From: the human T2T-CHM13v2.0 reference genome, Homo sapiens
Length of the DNA stretch: 64,000 bases
Direction: 5' to 3' (one strand)
NCBI RefSeq assembly: GCF_009914755.1
Contig: NC_060933.1
In this document: positions 17,160-33,691 of the stretch, one piece after another
Layout of the letters: every line of letters starts with the position of its first letter
How positions within the stretch are numbered: position 1 is the first letter of the stretch
The notes under the pieces: generated by a model
The model's database searches: none
What the model was told of the DNA's origin: nothing
What the model saw: only the letters and a program-made list of their open reading frames with translations
Translations under genes and position numbers: made by a program

Positions 17160-17457
<298 letters not shown>

Positions 17458-17829
17458 AGATTTCTATTACTTTGACATGGTCCTGGATACTTCATCTATG
17501 TGTGCAAAATTTCGTACTTATCTCTTAAATCTGGAGAAAAATGGCCAAATTTGGTATAGTTGAATTTATCATGGGGTGATTAATAAGTGACTAAAGATTG
17601 ACCTTCAAGGATCTGAAGATCTGACCAGTGTAGATTTATAGTAATTATAGTAATTACATGGTACCTCCAGGTATTTTCTATACATTGCCGTAGTTAGCTA
17701 TGAAAGGATGTAAAGAATAAAGGCAATTGACTATTTTAAAGAAATTAACCTCAGAAGGAGATTCTTCACCTAAATGTCCCTGCAAATATTATTGCTTTAT
17801 GCTCTGAGTTAGCTGAAAATGAGTTTACT

Positions 17830-17930
17830 ATGCCTGGTGTAAACACTTGCACCACCCACCTGTGTCAAAGAACTTTTCACTAACTGCATCATGACTGATT
17901 GACGTCAGTCTACTTGGCAACCAAGTGAGC
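17830..17930. promoter_or_regulatory. Motif cluster (FOX, CRE, RFX half-site); candidate enhancer
   Basis: TGTAAACA 17838-17845, TGACGTCA 17900-17907 and TTGGCAAC immediately downstream, in apparently non-repetitive DNA. Confidence 0.3.
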
Positions 17931-18872
17931 CACTTAGAAGAAGGCTCCCCTTATGAGGTTAATTTCTTTAAAATGGTGAATTGCCCTTATTCCTTATGTC
18001 TTTTCATAACTGATTACACAAATGTATAGAAAATACCTCTTGAGATACAATACAATCTGTAACTAGTCATCAGAGAATAACACGTTATTGTAACACAGAT
18101 TTAGCTTGGCCATAAAGGGCATATTTACATACACATTGAAAACAACTTTAATAAAATGAAAAACATATATCCTTGGATTCTTAGCAATTTAACAGCAATG
18201 CTCTCAGGGGATCAAGCTACTATTTATTGACTCCCCCTGTGTGCCTTACACGTAATTACTGACCCTCACAACATCCCTGGGAGTTAGTGTCTTACAGGAG
18301 ACCTTTGACATTTGTGAGAGGACATCGTGAATATTTTCCAAGTCCTCAATCCAAAAGTGTGGACATAGCTGTTGGTTTTCCTGAATTGTATTTCTTTCAA
18401 GAATCAAATGTTGCTTGTGAATATTCTCATGTAAGATTAAAAAAAATCTTTTCCTGACTCTTAGAACTTTAGTTTTATCTCTGCTTTGAGAGCCACTTTA
18501 ATAAGCAAACTAAAATCACTCTACAGAAAGGCTGTACAGCAAATGAGTAGAGAACAAAAGCTGGCTAAACTGGGCAGTCAGCTAAGATCACTCAGTGTCT
18601 GAGAATTTGTTCTAGAAAATCACCCTCCGAGAATCATGCAGATTGTGCTTAGGCTTCCTTCATATATTCATACTCTCCTCGGGTGAACATAAATTGGCAC
18701 ATTTATAAGGAAATTTTATTATTATATACTCAAATATTTTTAAACATATAAATAGTTTGTCTTGTTAATTCTACCTCTTGGAATCTATCCTAAGGAAAAT
18801 AATCATAAGATATCTGCAAAGAATTATTTGAATGTTGATAATAATTTTATCTATAACAATAAAAATTTGCAA

Positions 18873-19542
18873 GGTGGCAGATATCAGTTTATGTCTCTGA
18901 GCTCCAAATCCACCCTTGTTTATCTTGCTTTGTGTGAATGGAGCTGGACCCTGTGGATCTTTCTCTTTTGCAAATTTGGGGGATATTCAACTTTGTCAAT
19001 TGAGGGCACTGGAGAGACCCTGCAATGGAATAGAGGCTCCAGGTGCACCTACAGGCCATCTTTCCCTACCAGCAGCGATTTCAGAGTAACTTCAGCCTGT
19101 CCATACCCTCCAGCAATGGTGGGTCACTTCTATAGATGAACTCTGGCCCACCCGCAGCACCAAGCAAAGGAAGGTCACTCCTGTACACCAGCTTCCAACC
19201 ACTCTCATCCACCAGTGATGATAGATTGCTTTTATGGATCAATGCCAGCCTTTGCACTCAGTCGTTTCTTTGTTCCTGCAGGCTGCCTGTGGTAGTTACT
19301 ATCTCTCTGAAGAGGTCTGAATCTCAGCCTTGGGGCAAGGAGGGCTTGTCCTCATCCTTAGTGCCTTTACTGTTCTTCTTCCTCAGCCTAGAAATAATAG
19401 CTCCTTTTAAAATTCTTGATGCCTGGGCCTCTTAGAGTCCTCCTTTATATATCTTTTAGTAGGTAATTTTTGGAACATTAAATTTTCCCTGTTCAAATAA
19501 TTATCATAGTTTTTGTCTTCCACTTGGACCTTGAATGATACA
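18873..19542 (+). mobile_element. LTR41-like ERVL solo LTR inserted in an L1ME fragment
   Basis: gtggcagatatcagttt...ctccaaatccacccttg...atggagctggaccctgt; ends attaaattttccctgttcaaataa...tgataca; L1ME sequence on both flanks. Confidence 0.8.
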
Positions 19543-19629
19543 AAAGTTAAAGGCTCAACAATACCAGACTTGTTAAATAAGTAGGGAGCTATCCACACAC
19601 TGGCATAAAATTGTTTTGATTATCTATTA

Positions 19630-21640
<2,011 letters not shown>

Positions 21641-22121
21641 CTGTGGAACAGATTCAGGTGGTACAGCTGCTCAAACTCATAACTCACCTGCAATGTGTTC
21701 TGAAAATGTGTGGCTTAACTGCATCTACCCTAAAAGAACAAGTTGGTGAGTGATGAGATGAGTGGGAAGTAGTGAGGATGACCTGGATTTTCCATTGAGG
21801 AAGTGGCCAAGTCCTGCGGACAAATTGTACCTAGGAAAAGGTACAAAAACAGGAGAATGGATCATGCGTTCAGTATTGGAACTGATGACTATTAAGTTGC
21901 TGTGGGCATCTGAATATAGATGTTGTGATGGTTTTAAAACATGTCTGAAAATTCTTTGACACTGTTTCCATCAAGAGGTGATGTCTTTGTCTCCTCCCCT
22001 TGAATCTAAATGGGCCTTTGTGACAGATCTGATGAATAGAATGCAGGAATGTGATGTCCAAGGCTAGTTTAGAAAAGACCATGTTTGTTTCTCTGGAGAC
22101 ACTTGCTCTGGGAGCTATTAG

Positions 22122-22893
<772 letters not shown>

Positions 22894-24827
22894 GCTTTCA
22901 GTTGTCATGTAAGGAGTGTGGCTACCATGAGGCCACTGCATAGAGTGATTGTATACCTATATATAAGAGAGATGGTTTGGAGTTCAAGCCCCCAGCTAGT
23001 CAAGTCTTCCCAGCCCAGGAGACAGATGTTCGAATGAAGGAGACTTAGGTAATTTCAGCCCCAGTCACTGTCTGACCACAACTGCATGAGAGACCCTGAG
23101 GGAGAACTGCTTTGCTGAACCCAGTCAACCTCCAGATTTGTAAGTAAAATAAATGGTTATCATTGATTGAAGTCACTGTTCTAGGGTGGTTTTTCCTACA
23201 GTAATGTCATTGATACAGGTGTCTGGCAGGCAGTTGGCTCTAGAGGTCTGGAGCTAAGGAGAAAGATCTGGCTTGGAGATGTGGATCAGGAAGTCCTTTT
23301 ACAAGGAGAAAAGTGCTTGAAGTCATTTGAGTGGATGACATCACCTGAAAGATAATATACATTGAGAAAGAAAAAAATAAAAAGCCAACAATAGCACCTT
23401 TAGTAACAACACTGAAGAGAGCAGGAAGAAATAAAGAAACATTTGCAAGGAGACAGAGAAGGAGTGAATAAGGTGATCAAATGGCATCCATCCAAGAGAT
23501 GATGTCCAGGAAGCCAAGAATGAGAGTATTTCAGAAAGAAGAGTGTTGTCCACAGAGTTAAATGCTATGGAGAGAGATGGAGTAAGACAAGATTGATTAG
23601 CACCAATGAGCTTTCATTGTTGACAAATGCAGTTTGAGGGAAACTGGGGGCTAGGGAGTGATGGGGCAGAGACCAGAATGCAGTGGGGTAAGGAGGGGTA
23701 AGAAGATGAGAAGAATGCCAAATCTGTGCTGTTTGCCACATCATGGGCCCTCTCTCCATACTATTTATGTGTGTATAATTTTTTTCTACAATTTAATAAT
23801 GCATTAAACCATCACATCACATCACATCACAAACCCAACAATTCCACAATAGCATGGGTAGATCATACCCTGGTGTATTTTTAATGTTATACTTTAACCG
23901 GTAGTTTTGAGTCATAAATGTACTACTATGTTGTTGGTTTTTTTTTTTTTTTTGGGTCTGTCATTATAGTAATAACTTTAAATCTCTTATTGTTTATTTC
24001 TCTTGCAATTAAAATAGTTCATCATTTAAAATAGTACCCAGTGTTCAGTGTCCATTGGTGCCTTGTAATTACTTCAGAAAAACAGTCTCAGTTTAAAAGT
24101 TATAAACTCTTAATGCCTCTCTGCAGGAGGAATAGCTTCCTTCTGCCAGAGCGGTCTGGGGAGCATTATTCTAGTCATACCCTGCTAATTCATTGGCTTG
24201 ATTGTCAGGGGTCCTGATCTAGTTCACCCTCCTGGGAGGCTGGTGTGGGACCCTGCTTATCCCAGTGGGGGTCAAGGCCTCCTTGACAACAGTGAATGGG
24301 TTGCTAGGAGGCTGCGGAAAGAAATTTCTCTAGTTCCATCCACAAGTAGATCCCACTGCAGTGGCCTCATTTGGCTCCTCTAATCCTCTCTTTCCCACCT
24401 TCTTTCAGGGCAAGTCTCACCCTATTTTCTTCATTACTTGCTTGTGGTTTCCTTGCCGGAGATGCTTGGAGGCAAGCATTATGACAAGGATGGGCGCGGG
24501 TGGGAGTAAGGCCTTTAAACGAAGAGCTACATTTCAAAGAACTTCAAATGTGTATTTCAAATGTCACTTCCAAATGAGGTTGTACACACAGACAGAAACG
24601 CAATTAACAGATTTGGAAGAGGCCACGTAGCATGCATTTGAAACTCCTGTTGCATTCCTTGGCTATTCTTGTCTGTGGCATCTTTTTAACAAATCCTGTA
24701 GTTACCTTGTAAATACCATCATAGAATATATTGTATTTAAAAAACATTCTTTACTCAGATATGAAAGTTGAAAAGGTACTATTATTTTTAAAAATCTGTA
24801 TTGGATTTTTTTTTTTTCATATTTTAG

Positions 24828-24970
24828 GATGCCAGAAGCCTCAAAAATGGAAAACCCCCTGTGCTTCACATCTGAAAATCTCTGCTGGGGGCAGCAACTT
24901 TGAGCCTGTGGGGAAGGAACTGTCCACGTGGAGTGGTCTGGTGAATGCTTAAGGAGCTGCAGAAGGGAAG
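24828..24970 (+). other. Candidate exon B (143 nt)
   Basis: Strong acceptor tttttttttttcatattttAG|GAT; donor GAAG|GTAGTG; GC-richer than flanks; unique sequence. Confidence 0.55.
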
Positions 24971-25929
24971 GTAGTGAGGAGACAGTTAAATATTGAGCAC
25001 GTTTTGGTGCCTAGCATTGTACTGGCCTTTCACATGCTATGTTTAATCACGCAGGATTGTATGGAATGGGATTGTACAGAATGAGGCCTGGGTTTGCTAA
25101 ATCCTGGGGGAGATTGTCTAAGCTGTCACTTGAAGGGAAAACTGTAGCATGTGGGACTTAAAAACAGCTTGGGATGGAGTTTGAGGTAGGGCGAGAGGGA
25201 AAAAGATCTTGGCAGATACATTCTGAACAAATACTTGTGTCATCCTCAACTGTATAGTTTTTATGACTTTTCCTGTGTTCATCTGGTTGGCAGATGAATG
25301 CAAAATGCCTTTTAGCTTCATGGAAGGCACACATGAATCATGGCTATGTGATAAACAGAAGAAGCCACGTTTCGGAGGGTTTCTGGTGTGTGTACGTGTG
25401 CACTTGCATGTGTGTGGGCACACCCTTGTGCCAAATGGACCACCAGTTTAAATCGATTTTCAACAGGGCAGATTTCATATGCTTCTTTAGTGTGGCCCAA
25501 GTCAATCTATTTTTAGAAGGGGAAAGTAGAGCATGTTCTGAAAGTTCTTTTCTTCTGCCATCAGGGATTGTAGTACTTTTTATTTATAGTAATTTCAGGT
25601 CTCTAAATACTTCAAGCAAAATTAATGAGGCAAACAAAAAAAATTAGGTACCAGATAATTGGATCATGTGTTATTTTATAGAGAGCTTTATTTATCTTGC
25701 CTTTGGAAAGTATAATTTGTATTTTTCAAAATTATGATTAGATCTAATTCTTTTTCAAGATTTACTTAAAATAAATATTTCTGCCTAGGCACAAGACTGT
25801 GTATAGCACAACTGGCCTTGTATTATTGACTTGATGATGCAAAGAAAAATATATAAGAATCAGTTTTTTTTAAATGTGTTAATATTTATCATAATGGAAA
25901 TAGTCTTACTAATTAGCAATAACTAGAAA

Positions 25930-26150
25930 AATGTCTACTATTTATTGAGCCACTACTATATGCCATATTCTTTACCTATGTTCATTTTCTCTTCTATATT
26001 CAAAATAATCCTATAAGGTGTGCTTTATGATCACCATTTGTTCCAATAGGGTCTCAAGGACGTTAGGTAATTATTCCTATGACATTGAGCCTATGAATGG
26101 CAGAGCTGGGAGTTTGAACCTAAGTCTGATGACTCTGAAGCTTATAGTCT
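25930..26150 (-). mobile_element. MIR
   Basis: tatttattgagccactactatatgcca...ggcagagctgggagtttgaacctaagtctg. Confidence 0.8.
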
Positions 26151-26269
26151 TTCTATAAGCTTCTTCAGTCTGAAGCTGCCCCTCAAAGTCATGGCAATAA
26201 CTGAGAATAGCATTCAGTTTTACAGCTAGGAAGGTAGTTGTAGTTGTGTTTATTATTCAATACTGTCCA

Positions 26270-26640
26270 TATTCAAAGAACCATTCATTGAGCTTCTATT
26301 TTACTCCAGTCACGGTGATAAATAATGCAGAATCTAGAGATCAAAGATAAAATGGCCTTGCCCTCAAGGAACCCATGAGCTAGTTGGGAAAACTAATAGG
26401 AATATTAATGATTATAATGCAGAATGTTAGGTGCAATGAGAGAGGTAACAAGGTACTACTGGGGCCTGACAAAGGCCACCGTTTCTGTGTGTGTGTGTGT
26501 TTATGTGTGTTTGGGAAAAGGCAAAAGACACTTGAGATAAAGGGAACAACATAGACAAAATCAAAGGCTTGAGAGCATATAACTTATATGAGACATAGCA
26601 AATTGTTTGCTTTAACTAGAAAATAGTGGTTATGTGTGGC
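26270..26640 (-). mobile_element. L2 3' fragment
   Basis: attcattgagc...ccttgccctcaaggaacccatgagctagttggg. Confidence 0.65.
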
Positions 26641-26740
26641 AGACTATGAGAAATGAGAATGTAAGTCCTTGAGAATGATAACTTTAGAAATTCTACATTT
26701 GGGATGATCATAACCTTTTAAAATTGTCTCAATATGATAG

Positions 26741-27072
<332 letters not shown>

Positions 27073-27129
27073 TGGGGTGTCCATCTTTTAAAGACACACT
27101 GTAAGAATCATAATATTTTCCCAAAGAAG

Positions 27130-27770
27130 AAATGTAATTAGTACACAATTACATGTTAAAACTAGGTGTTATTGGTAATTAAAATTTAAAAAAATTAACC
27201 CAACCAAATAATAAAACTAATGAAAATATTTAATATTGGTAAGAACAAGATGCGATAAGCATATTTGTGTTTTGCTGATTGGTCTATAAAGTGGTTCAAA
27301 ACTTTTGTAAACTATATATAAGCTATTTTAAATGTTTATGCCCTTTGATTCAATAGCACTAGGTTTGGTACTTTATAATAGGAAAGTTATTAGAAATATT
27401 TACTGCAGGGTTTCTTCAATGATGAGTTGTAAGAATCAGCCTAAGTAGCTATGGTACATCACTTTGATGCAACTTAATGTGTCATTAAAAATCATGTTTA
27501 TGAATAACATTCCAGATGCATTTAATACAATTCTAGCTGAAAAAAAGATACTGAAACATTTTGTGTTTATATATGTCTGCATATGTATCTATATATATCC
27601 CTCTCCCTGTCAATCTATAAATTAAAAACTATACATTAAAAACTGCAAATTAAAACTATATACTAAAGAAAGAAACTGGAAAGAAATCCACAGAATGTTA
27701 ATAATCATGGTCATTGTGTTGAGTGGTAGGACTATGGGTAATTTTTTCTTTCTATTTTTATACATTTTTC
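27130..27770 (+). mobile_element. L1ME-like fragments
   Basis: tttgctgattggtctataaagtgg...ccctttgattcaatagca...gaaactggaaagaaatccacagaatgttaa. Confidence 0.55.
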
Positions 27771-27771
27771 A

Positions 27772-28085
27772 CTTTTTTTTTTTTTTTCAATTTGAGGCAG
27801 AGTCTCACTCTGTCACCCAGGCTGGAGTGCAGTGGAACGATCTTGGCTTACTGCAGCCTCTGCCTCCGGGTTCAATCAATTATTCTACCTCAGCCTCCAG
27901 AGTAGCTGGAATTACAGGTGCACACCATCACGCCCGGCTAATTTTTGTATTTTTGGTAGAGACAGGGTTTCACTATGTTGGTCAGGCTAGTCTCAAAGTC
28001 CTCCCAAAGTGCTGGGCCTCCAAAAGTGCTGGGATTTGGCCTCCCAAAATGCTGGGATTACAGGTGTGAGCACCACACCCGGCCC
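27772..28085 (-). mobile_element. Alu with internal triplication
   Basis: Dimer; TSD catttttcac; cctcccaaagtgctgg-like unit three times at 28000-28056. Confidence 0.93.
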
Positions 28086-28893
28086 ATTTTTCACATTTTT
28101 AATGATGTTTTTAACTTTAAAAGTAAAAATTTGTAATTTAAAATTTGTTTAACTTTTACAAATAAAAATTACAAATGCAAATTAAAATTGCTATATATTT
28201 TTGTTACTGGACAAGAAAAGATGCATTATAGAGTCTCGTTTTATTTTGTTTTCTGATAAATCTATTGCTGGGGAGCATGTGCGTAATTCGTTTTAAAAAT
28301 TCTCAGTGTTAACTAGATTTCTTTTGGGATAGCTCTGCTGAACTGGAATGAGATCTTCTTCCCCAGAGCCACTTGCTAGTTTGATTTTCTAGAAAGAGAG
28401 AAATTATAGAAAGCTACAATCTACAAATTGCTATGTACTACAGTCTACTAAATAGTATAATACTTTATTTTGCAAACTATATCTCTCAGAGTACAAGGCT
28501 CCACAGCTAGTCTTGCACCAAATATATGAGGTTCTTGAATAGTCATTTTCTCAAAGTTCTCATCTCTTTACAAAGCAAGTTGAGGGGGGAAGCAGAGAGA
28601 GCACTCTGGTGCTTCCAAAAGCATCAGCCATCCACACTCTGCCTATTGAAAACACCAAATCTGAGCATGTGTGTCATTGTCCAGGAATAAACAATCACAA
28701 AAAGGCATCAATGAGGCCTATAAAAACAAGAGCGCATGCAAGAAGATGGGATTGTTATGAAACAGGAGCACAAGGCTACTAAAAGAGGGCAAGCCTAAAG
28801 GAAAAGTCACCAGGGTGAGATGGAAATAGATATAGGAAGAATAGTGAACGGTGGCAAGGAAGTAAAGGAATACAAAAGTAATAAAATATCCAT

Positions 28894-29316
28894 TGCATTA
28901 GTCCGTCCTTGCATTGCTGTAAAGAAATACCTGAGACTGGATAATTTATAAAGAAAAGGGTTTATTTGGTTTATGGTTCTGCAGGCTGTATGAGAAGCAT
29001 GGTGCCAGCATCTGCTCCTGGTGAGGCCTCAGGAAGCTTCTATTCATGGAGGAAGGTGAAGGGGGAGCTAGCATATCACATGGTGAGAGATGGAGTGAGA
29101 GAGAGAGAGAAAGAGAGAGAGGAGATGCCAGTCTTTTAAATAACCAGATCTTATGTGAACTCAGAGTAAGAACTCACTTATCATGAGGACAGCATCAAGA
29201 CATTCATGAGGAATCTGACCCCATGACCCAAACACCTCCCACTAGGCCCACCTCCAACATGGGCAGTCACATTTCAACATAAGACTTGGAGAGGACAGAA
29301 CATCCAAACCATATCA
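28894..29316 (-). mobile_element. MSTB/MSTA-like MaLR solo LTR within an old L1 remnant
   Basis: tg.attagtccgt..ttgcattgctgtaaagaaatacctgagactgg...catccaaaccatatca. Confidence 0.9.
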
Positions 29317-30384
29317 CCCACATTGAGGGAGCAAGGAGCAGACTCCATACTGCAGAACACACATGGGAAACAAACTTGAGAAGTTTCCCCAGGGCATAGG
29401 GTAAGAGGACGAGGGGCTGGAAAAAGAAAGGTAATGGATATAGAGGACAGAGAATGGAGTTCGAAGATACATCTAAGAACTTTACATATTCCTAAGGAAC
29501 CCACAAAGATAAAACAAACAGAGCAAGTATGAAAGATGTAATAGAAGCAAATGACCCTGCATTGAAAATGATCAAAGTATGCAGATTGGAAAGGCTCACA
29601 AATTCCAATAAAAAGAATTGAAAACAAAAAAAAATGCTGCAATAACATTCTTTAAACTATATTAATTGTAAGGTTTTTACAAAAATAAGTACTCAGGCAG
29701 TAGTAAAAAGTTTGCGAATAAAGAAACCAAAATTAAACTCTAACTTTTCTTATGTAATACCAAATTCCAGAACTTGGAAACATATCTGCATGCTTTACCA
29801 GGGACCAGATTATGAGGCAGTTATTTAAGATTAGAAAAGTTCTCTTTCATTGGTAAAGGCAACAGAAAGATATATTTTAGAGGTAGAAGCTCTCTAACAT
29901 AGACACTATTCTGCCAAAAAAAAAAAATAAGATAAATGTAACAAAATAAAATGAGCTTCAAGGTGTATTTTGGTCACTGAGAGATGATTCAAAAGAAGAC
30001 TTTGAACAATGAGAATGTTAACATTTAAAAGAATAGGTGGAATTTTTCCTTACTCAGTTTGTTCAATAAAATCATGGGTCCACTGTAACCTGATATATCT
30101 TGTTGCTTAAAGGGAAAGCTTGGCCCTACCTTTTCTGCTTTCTTCTGTGTTCATGGTGTAGAAAATGTATTTTTGTTAACCAATTATTTACTTCACACTT
30201 GAGGTAGACTTTGTTGCCATGTTGGATGGCTATTTTGTTAGGTCAAACAGTTTTCTGCCACATGCCTATGTGATTTTAAATAATGTAGCCCTCACCCTGA
30301 GCTTCTGCTATAGGGACCACATGCTTTGTGGTAACCAGGTGCTGCCAAAATTGGATGATAGCAGGCTCCTGACCCATGCCTGTC

Positions 30385-30585
30385 AAGTCATAGGTGGTTA
30401 AGGTCATGGGAGTTGGAGTCAGACTGTCTGGTTCCAAATCCAAGGTCTACCAGTTGATTTTGACCTTAATTTTCTTATTCTGTAAAATGAGTTTATTGAT
30501 TGTTCCCACTCAGTTCGTTTGAGGTGAGGATTAAATGAGTTAATACCTGTAACTTTTTGACTGGCACAAGACACAATCCTATTAC
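30385..30585 (+). mobile_element. MIR
   Basis: ggttaagg...tggagtcagactgtctggttccaaatcc...tctgtaaaatg...gtgaggattaaatgagttaat. Confidence 0.8.
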
Positions 30586-30808
30586 ATGTTCTGAAAAAAA
30601 ATTCTCTACATGAACCAAAGGAATGAATTCTATTTCCTCCACTGCTACTACAACTCAACACTTCTAATCACCAAATGTGTGGAGGTTTTTCTACATCAGT
30701 TTGTCAGACACCTACTATGTGTCCTATAATTCAGTTCAGTTCTGACACCATCTACATGGAAACAACATCCGATCCCATGGACTAAAAGCTCAGTCTCATA
30801 AGACTGTC

Positions 30809-31556
30809 TATAATGGCTCAAGTGGGTTCTTCTTGCCTGCTGCACAGAAAAACCAATACATCAAGGCAGTGGTGTTGCAGTAGAGAAAGCATTTGATAAT
30901 CACAAGGCCAGCCAAGTGGAAGCATGGGAGATAATTCTTAAATCTGCCTCCCCAAGAGCTCAGGGGCTAGGGTTTTTAAGGATAATTTGGCAGACAGGGG
31001 ACTAGGGAACGAGTGCTGCTGATGAGTTGTGGATGAAATCATAGGAGTATCCAAACTGTCTTCGCATGCTGAGTCAGTTTCTGGGTGGAAGTTTCTGCGT
31101 GGGAGTCAATTTCTTGGCATGAGTCACAGGTCCGGGTGGAGTCAGTTAGTTGCCAGAATGCGAAAGTTTAAAAATATCTCAGAGACCAATCTTAGATTTT
31201 GACAATAGTGATTTTATCTATAGGAGCAAGAGGGGAAGTTAAAAATCTTGTGACCTCTGGCTACATGATTCTTGAGCAGTAACTATTATAGAAAGGTAAG
31301 CTAGGGAACAATGTCTGGTTATCATTTAATTACACCTACATCTTAGCAGAATTTAAGTTCTTCTCATAAGCCCAACCTTGTGGACTTTCATTAGTCTTAC
31401 AAAGGCAGTTTCAGTCCCCCACCAAGGAGGGCATTAGTTTCAGGTAGGGACTGTTATCATCTTTGTTTTAAAGTTAAAAAAGGCAGTTAGCTTGTGATGT
31501 TAGAAGAAAGATGTCAGATTTCTCTCACTGTCATAATTTTTGCAAAGGTGGTTTCA
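30809..31556 (-). mobile_element. LTR8A/B-like ERV1 solo LTR
   Basis: Minus-strand start TGAAACCACCTTTGCAAAAATTATGACAGTGAGAGAAATCTG; near-TSD tgtc/tggc. Confidence 0.85.
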
Positions 31557-31881
31557 TGGCCCCACTTGAAATGAGAATGGGAAGTCCAGGTTTTCACCTG
31601 TGCTTTAGACTGGGTGGAGATAAATTAAAGGTTCACAGGACCTCCTCCTCAGATTTGACCATTTGCTAGAATGGTTCACGGAACTCAGAAAAACAGTTTA
31701 CTTATTTGATTACCAGTTTACTTTAAAAGGAAATTACAACTCAGGAAGAGCCAGATGGAAGAGAGGCATAGGGCAAGGTATGTGGGAAGGAGCATGAAGC
31801 TTCCGTGCATTCTTGGGCTCATCACCCTCTCAGCACCTCCATGTGTTCAGCAACCTGGAAGCTCTTCGAAAAATGTTCTTA

Positions 31882-32190
31882 AGCCAGGTGTGGTGGCTCA
31901 CACCTGTAATCCCCGCACATTGGGAGGCTGAGGTGGGTGGATCATCTGAGGTCAGCAGTTTAAGACCAGCCTGGCCAATGTGGCGAAACCCCGTCTTTAC
32001 TAAAAAGAGATTAGCCAGGTGTGGTGGCACATGCCTGTAATCCTAGCTACTTGGGAGACTGAGGCAGGAGAATTGCTTGAACTCAGGAGGCAGAGGTTGC
32101 AGTAAGCCAAGATTGTGTCACTGTACTCTGGCCTAGGTGACAGAGCAGGACTCCGTCTCCAAAAAAAAAAAAAGAAAGAAAAGAAAAAGA
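31882..32190 (+). mobile_element. Alu (AluSx-like)
   Basis: Full dimer; TSD gaaaaatgttc. Confidence 0.95.
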
Positions 32191-33322
32191 AAAATGTTCC
32201 TTCAGATTTTTATGAGGGCTTCATTGCATATACATGCCCCTCCCTGGAGGTTGGTCTGGAGGTTGGGCTGAAAGTTCCAACTCTAACCACATGGTTGATT
32301 TCCATGGCAACAGCCCTGCTTATCATTAGGGACTTCCCAAAAGTCACCTCATTAACACAAACTCTGGTGTGACTGAATAACAAAAGATGCTCCTGTTACC
32401 TTTATTGCTCTTAGAAAATTCCAAGGGCTTTAGGGGCTTTGTGCCAAAAACAAACACTATATATATCTTATTATAAATCACACTATCTCACATTATTATT
32501 ATTTAAAATGATAAGTCAGTCAAGCTCTCTTTTCTTGAGAATTTGATTTGGGAAACTTCGAGAATGAGGCAAGGAGCAGTGGGAATAGGAGTTTAAAGTA
32601 AGCATAGAAAGCATAGAAAGAAGCTAGGGAATAGATTAAGGTTGCAAGGAGGGATAACAAATGGAGATTAGGAAATAGTGGAGACTGTGATTAAGCAGAG
32701 CCTGTCATTAGGCATTTCTGATATAAACCCAGATGCTGTCATATCACCTCACTGAATGCTTGCCCTGAAACACTTGTTTTAGTGCAGATAAATTCATCAC
32801 CTAAGGATGGCTTATCCTTTCTATGGCCATTGAACTTAAGAGCTCCACTAAATAGGATAACTCCCTTTATGCTGGGAAATCTACCAAAATTACCTGTGTC
32901 AGAAGGGTAAGAAAAGAGAATCCAGGATCCAGAATGGGATTGAAGTGATCTCCCATTCTTTTTGTGATATTTAGACTGCCTTCTGCCTCTCCAATCGACA
33001 GAATAAAGACCAAACTTCTACCCGGGTGGGTAGGGCTTATCCTGAGGATGGAGACTTTCTAAGTATAGATGGTCAAGAAACTGGTGCACATTTAAGTTAG
33101 ACGCATCTCTAAATTGTCTGGGCTTAGACTATTCTAAGAATGAATAATTATGAAAATTGAGGCAGCTCAGAGACTCATTTTCTAAGATTTCAATATATGA
33201 TTAGCAAAGTGCTATAGAAAAAAATAAAATGGCACAGTTTGGCAGTTGGCATCTTGTATCTTTCTGTCCCAGGTCTTTCTTGTGCTTGTAATTCTTTCAT
33301 TGATAAAGAACTCAGCTATCTA

Positions 33323-33631
33323 TCCAGGCGTGATGGCTCATGCCTGTTATCTCAGCACTTTGGGAGGCTGAGGCGGGAGGATCACTTGAGGTCAGGAGTT
33401 CGAGACCAGCCTGGCCACCATGGTGAAACCCACATGGTGAAACATCTGTACTAAAAATACAAAAGTTAGCTGGGTGTGGTGGTGGGAGCCTGCAGTCTGA
33501 GCTACTCAGGAGGCTGAGGCAGGAGAATTCCTCGAACCTGGGACTTGGAGGTTGCAGAGAGCCAAGATTGCGCCACTGCACTCCAGCCTGGGTGACAGAG
33601 CAAGACTCCATCTCAAAAAAAAAAAAAAAAA
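33323..33631 (+). mobile_element. Alu (AluS-like)
   Basis: Full dimer plus polyA; small internal duplication catggtgaaac. Confidence 0.95.
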
Positions 33632-33691
33632 GGATTCAGCAATGTGTGGTTCTTTTGAATCTATGGTATGTATTAGCACATCACAGCAGAG

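Larger units (their letters stand above)
30586..32492 (-). mobile_element. MER21-family LTR hosting an LTR8 and an Alu
   Basis: caacacttct..caccaaatgtgtgg...ttctgacaccatctac...ctcagtctcataagactg; resumes caactcaggaagagccagatggaagag; ends tattataaatcacactatctcaca. Confidence 0.8.

Noticed and set aside
18994-19012. CTCF site carried by LTR41
   Set aside because: The position matches the family's CTCF-like motif, but this copy (tgtcaattgagggcactgg) has lost core bases, so binding cannot be supported.
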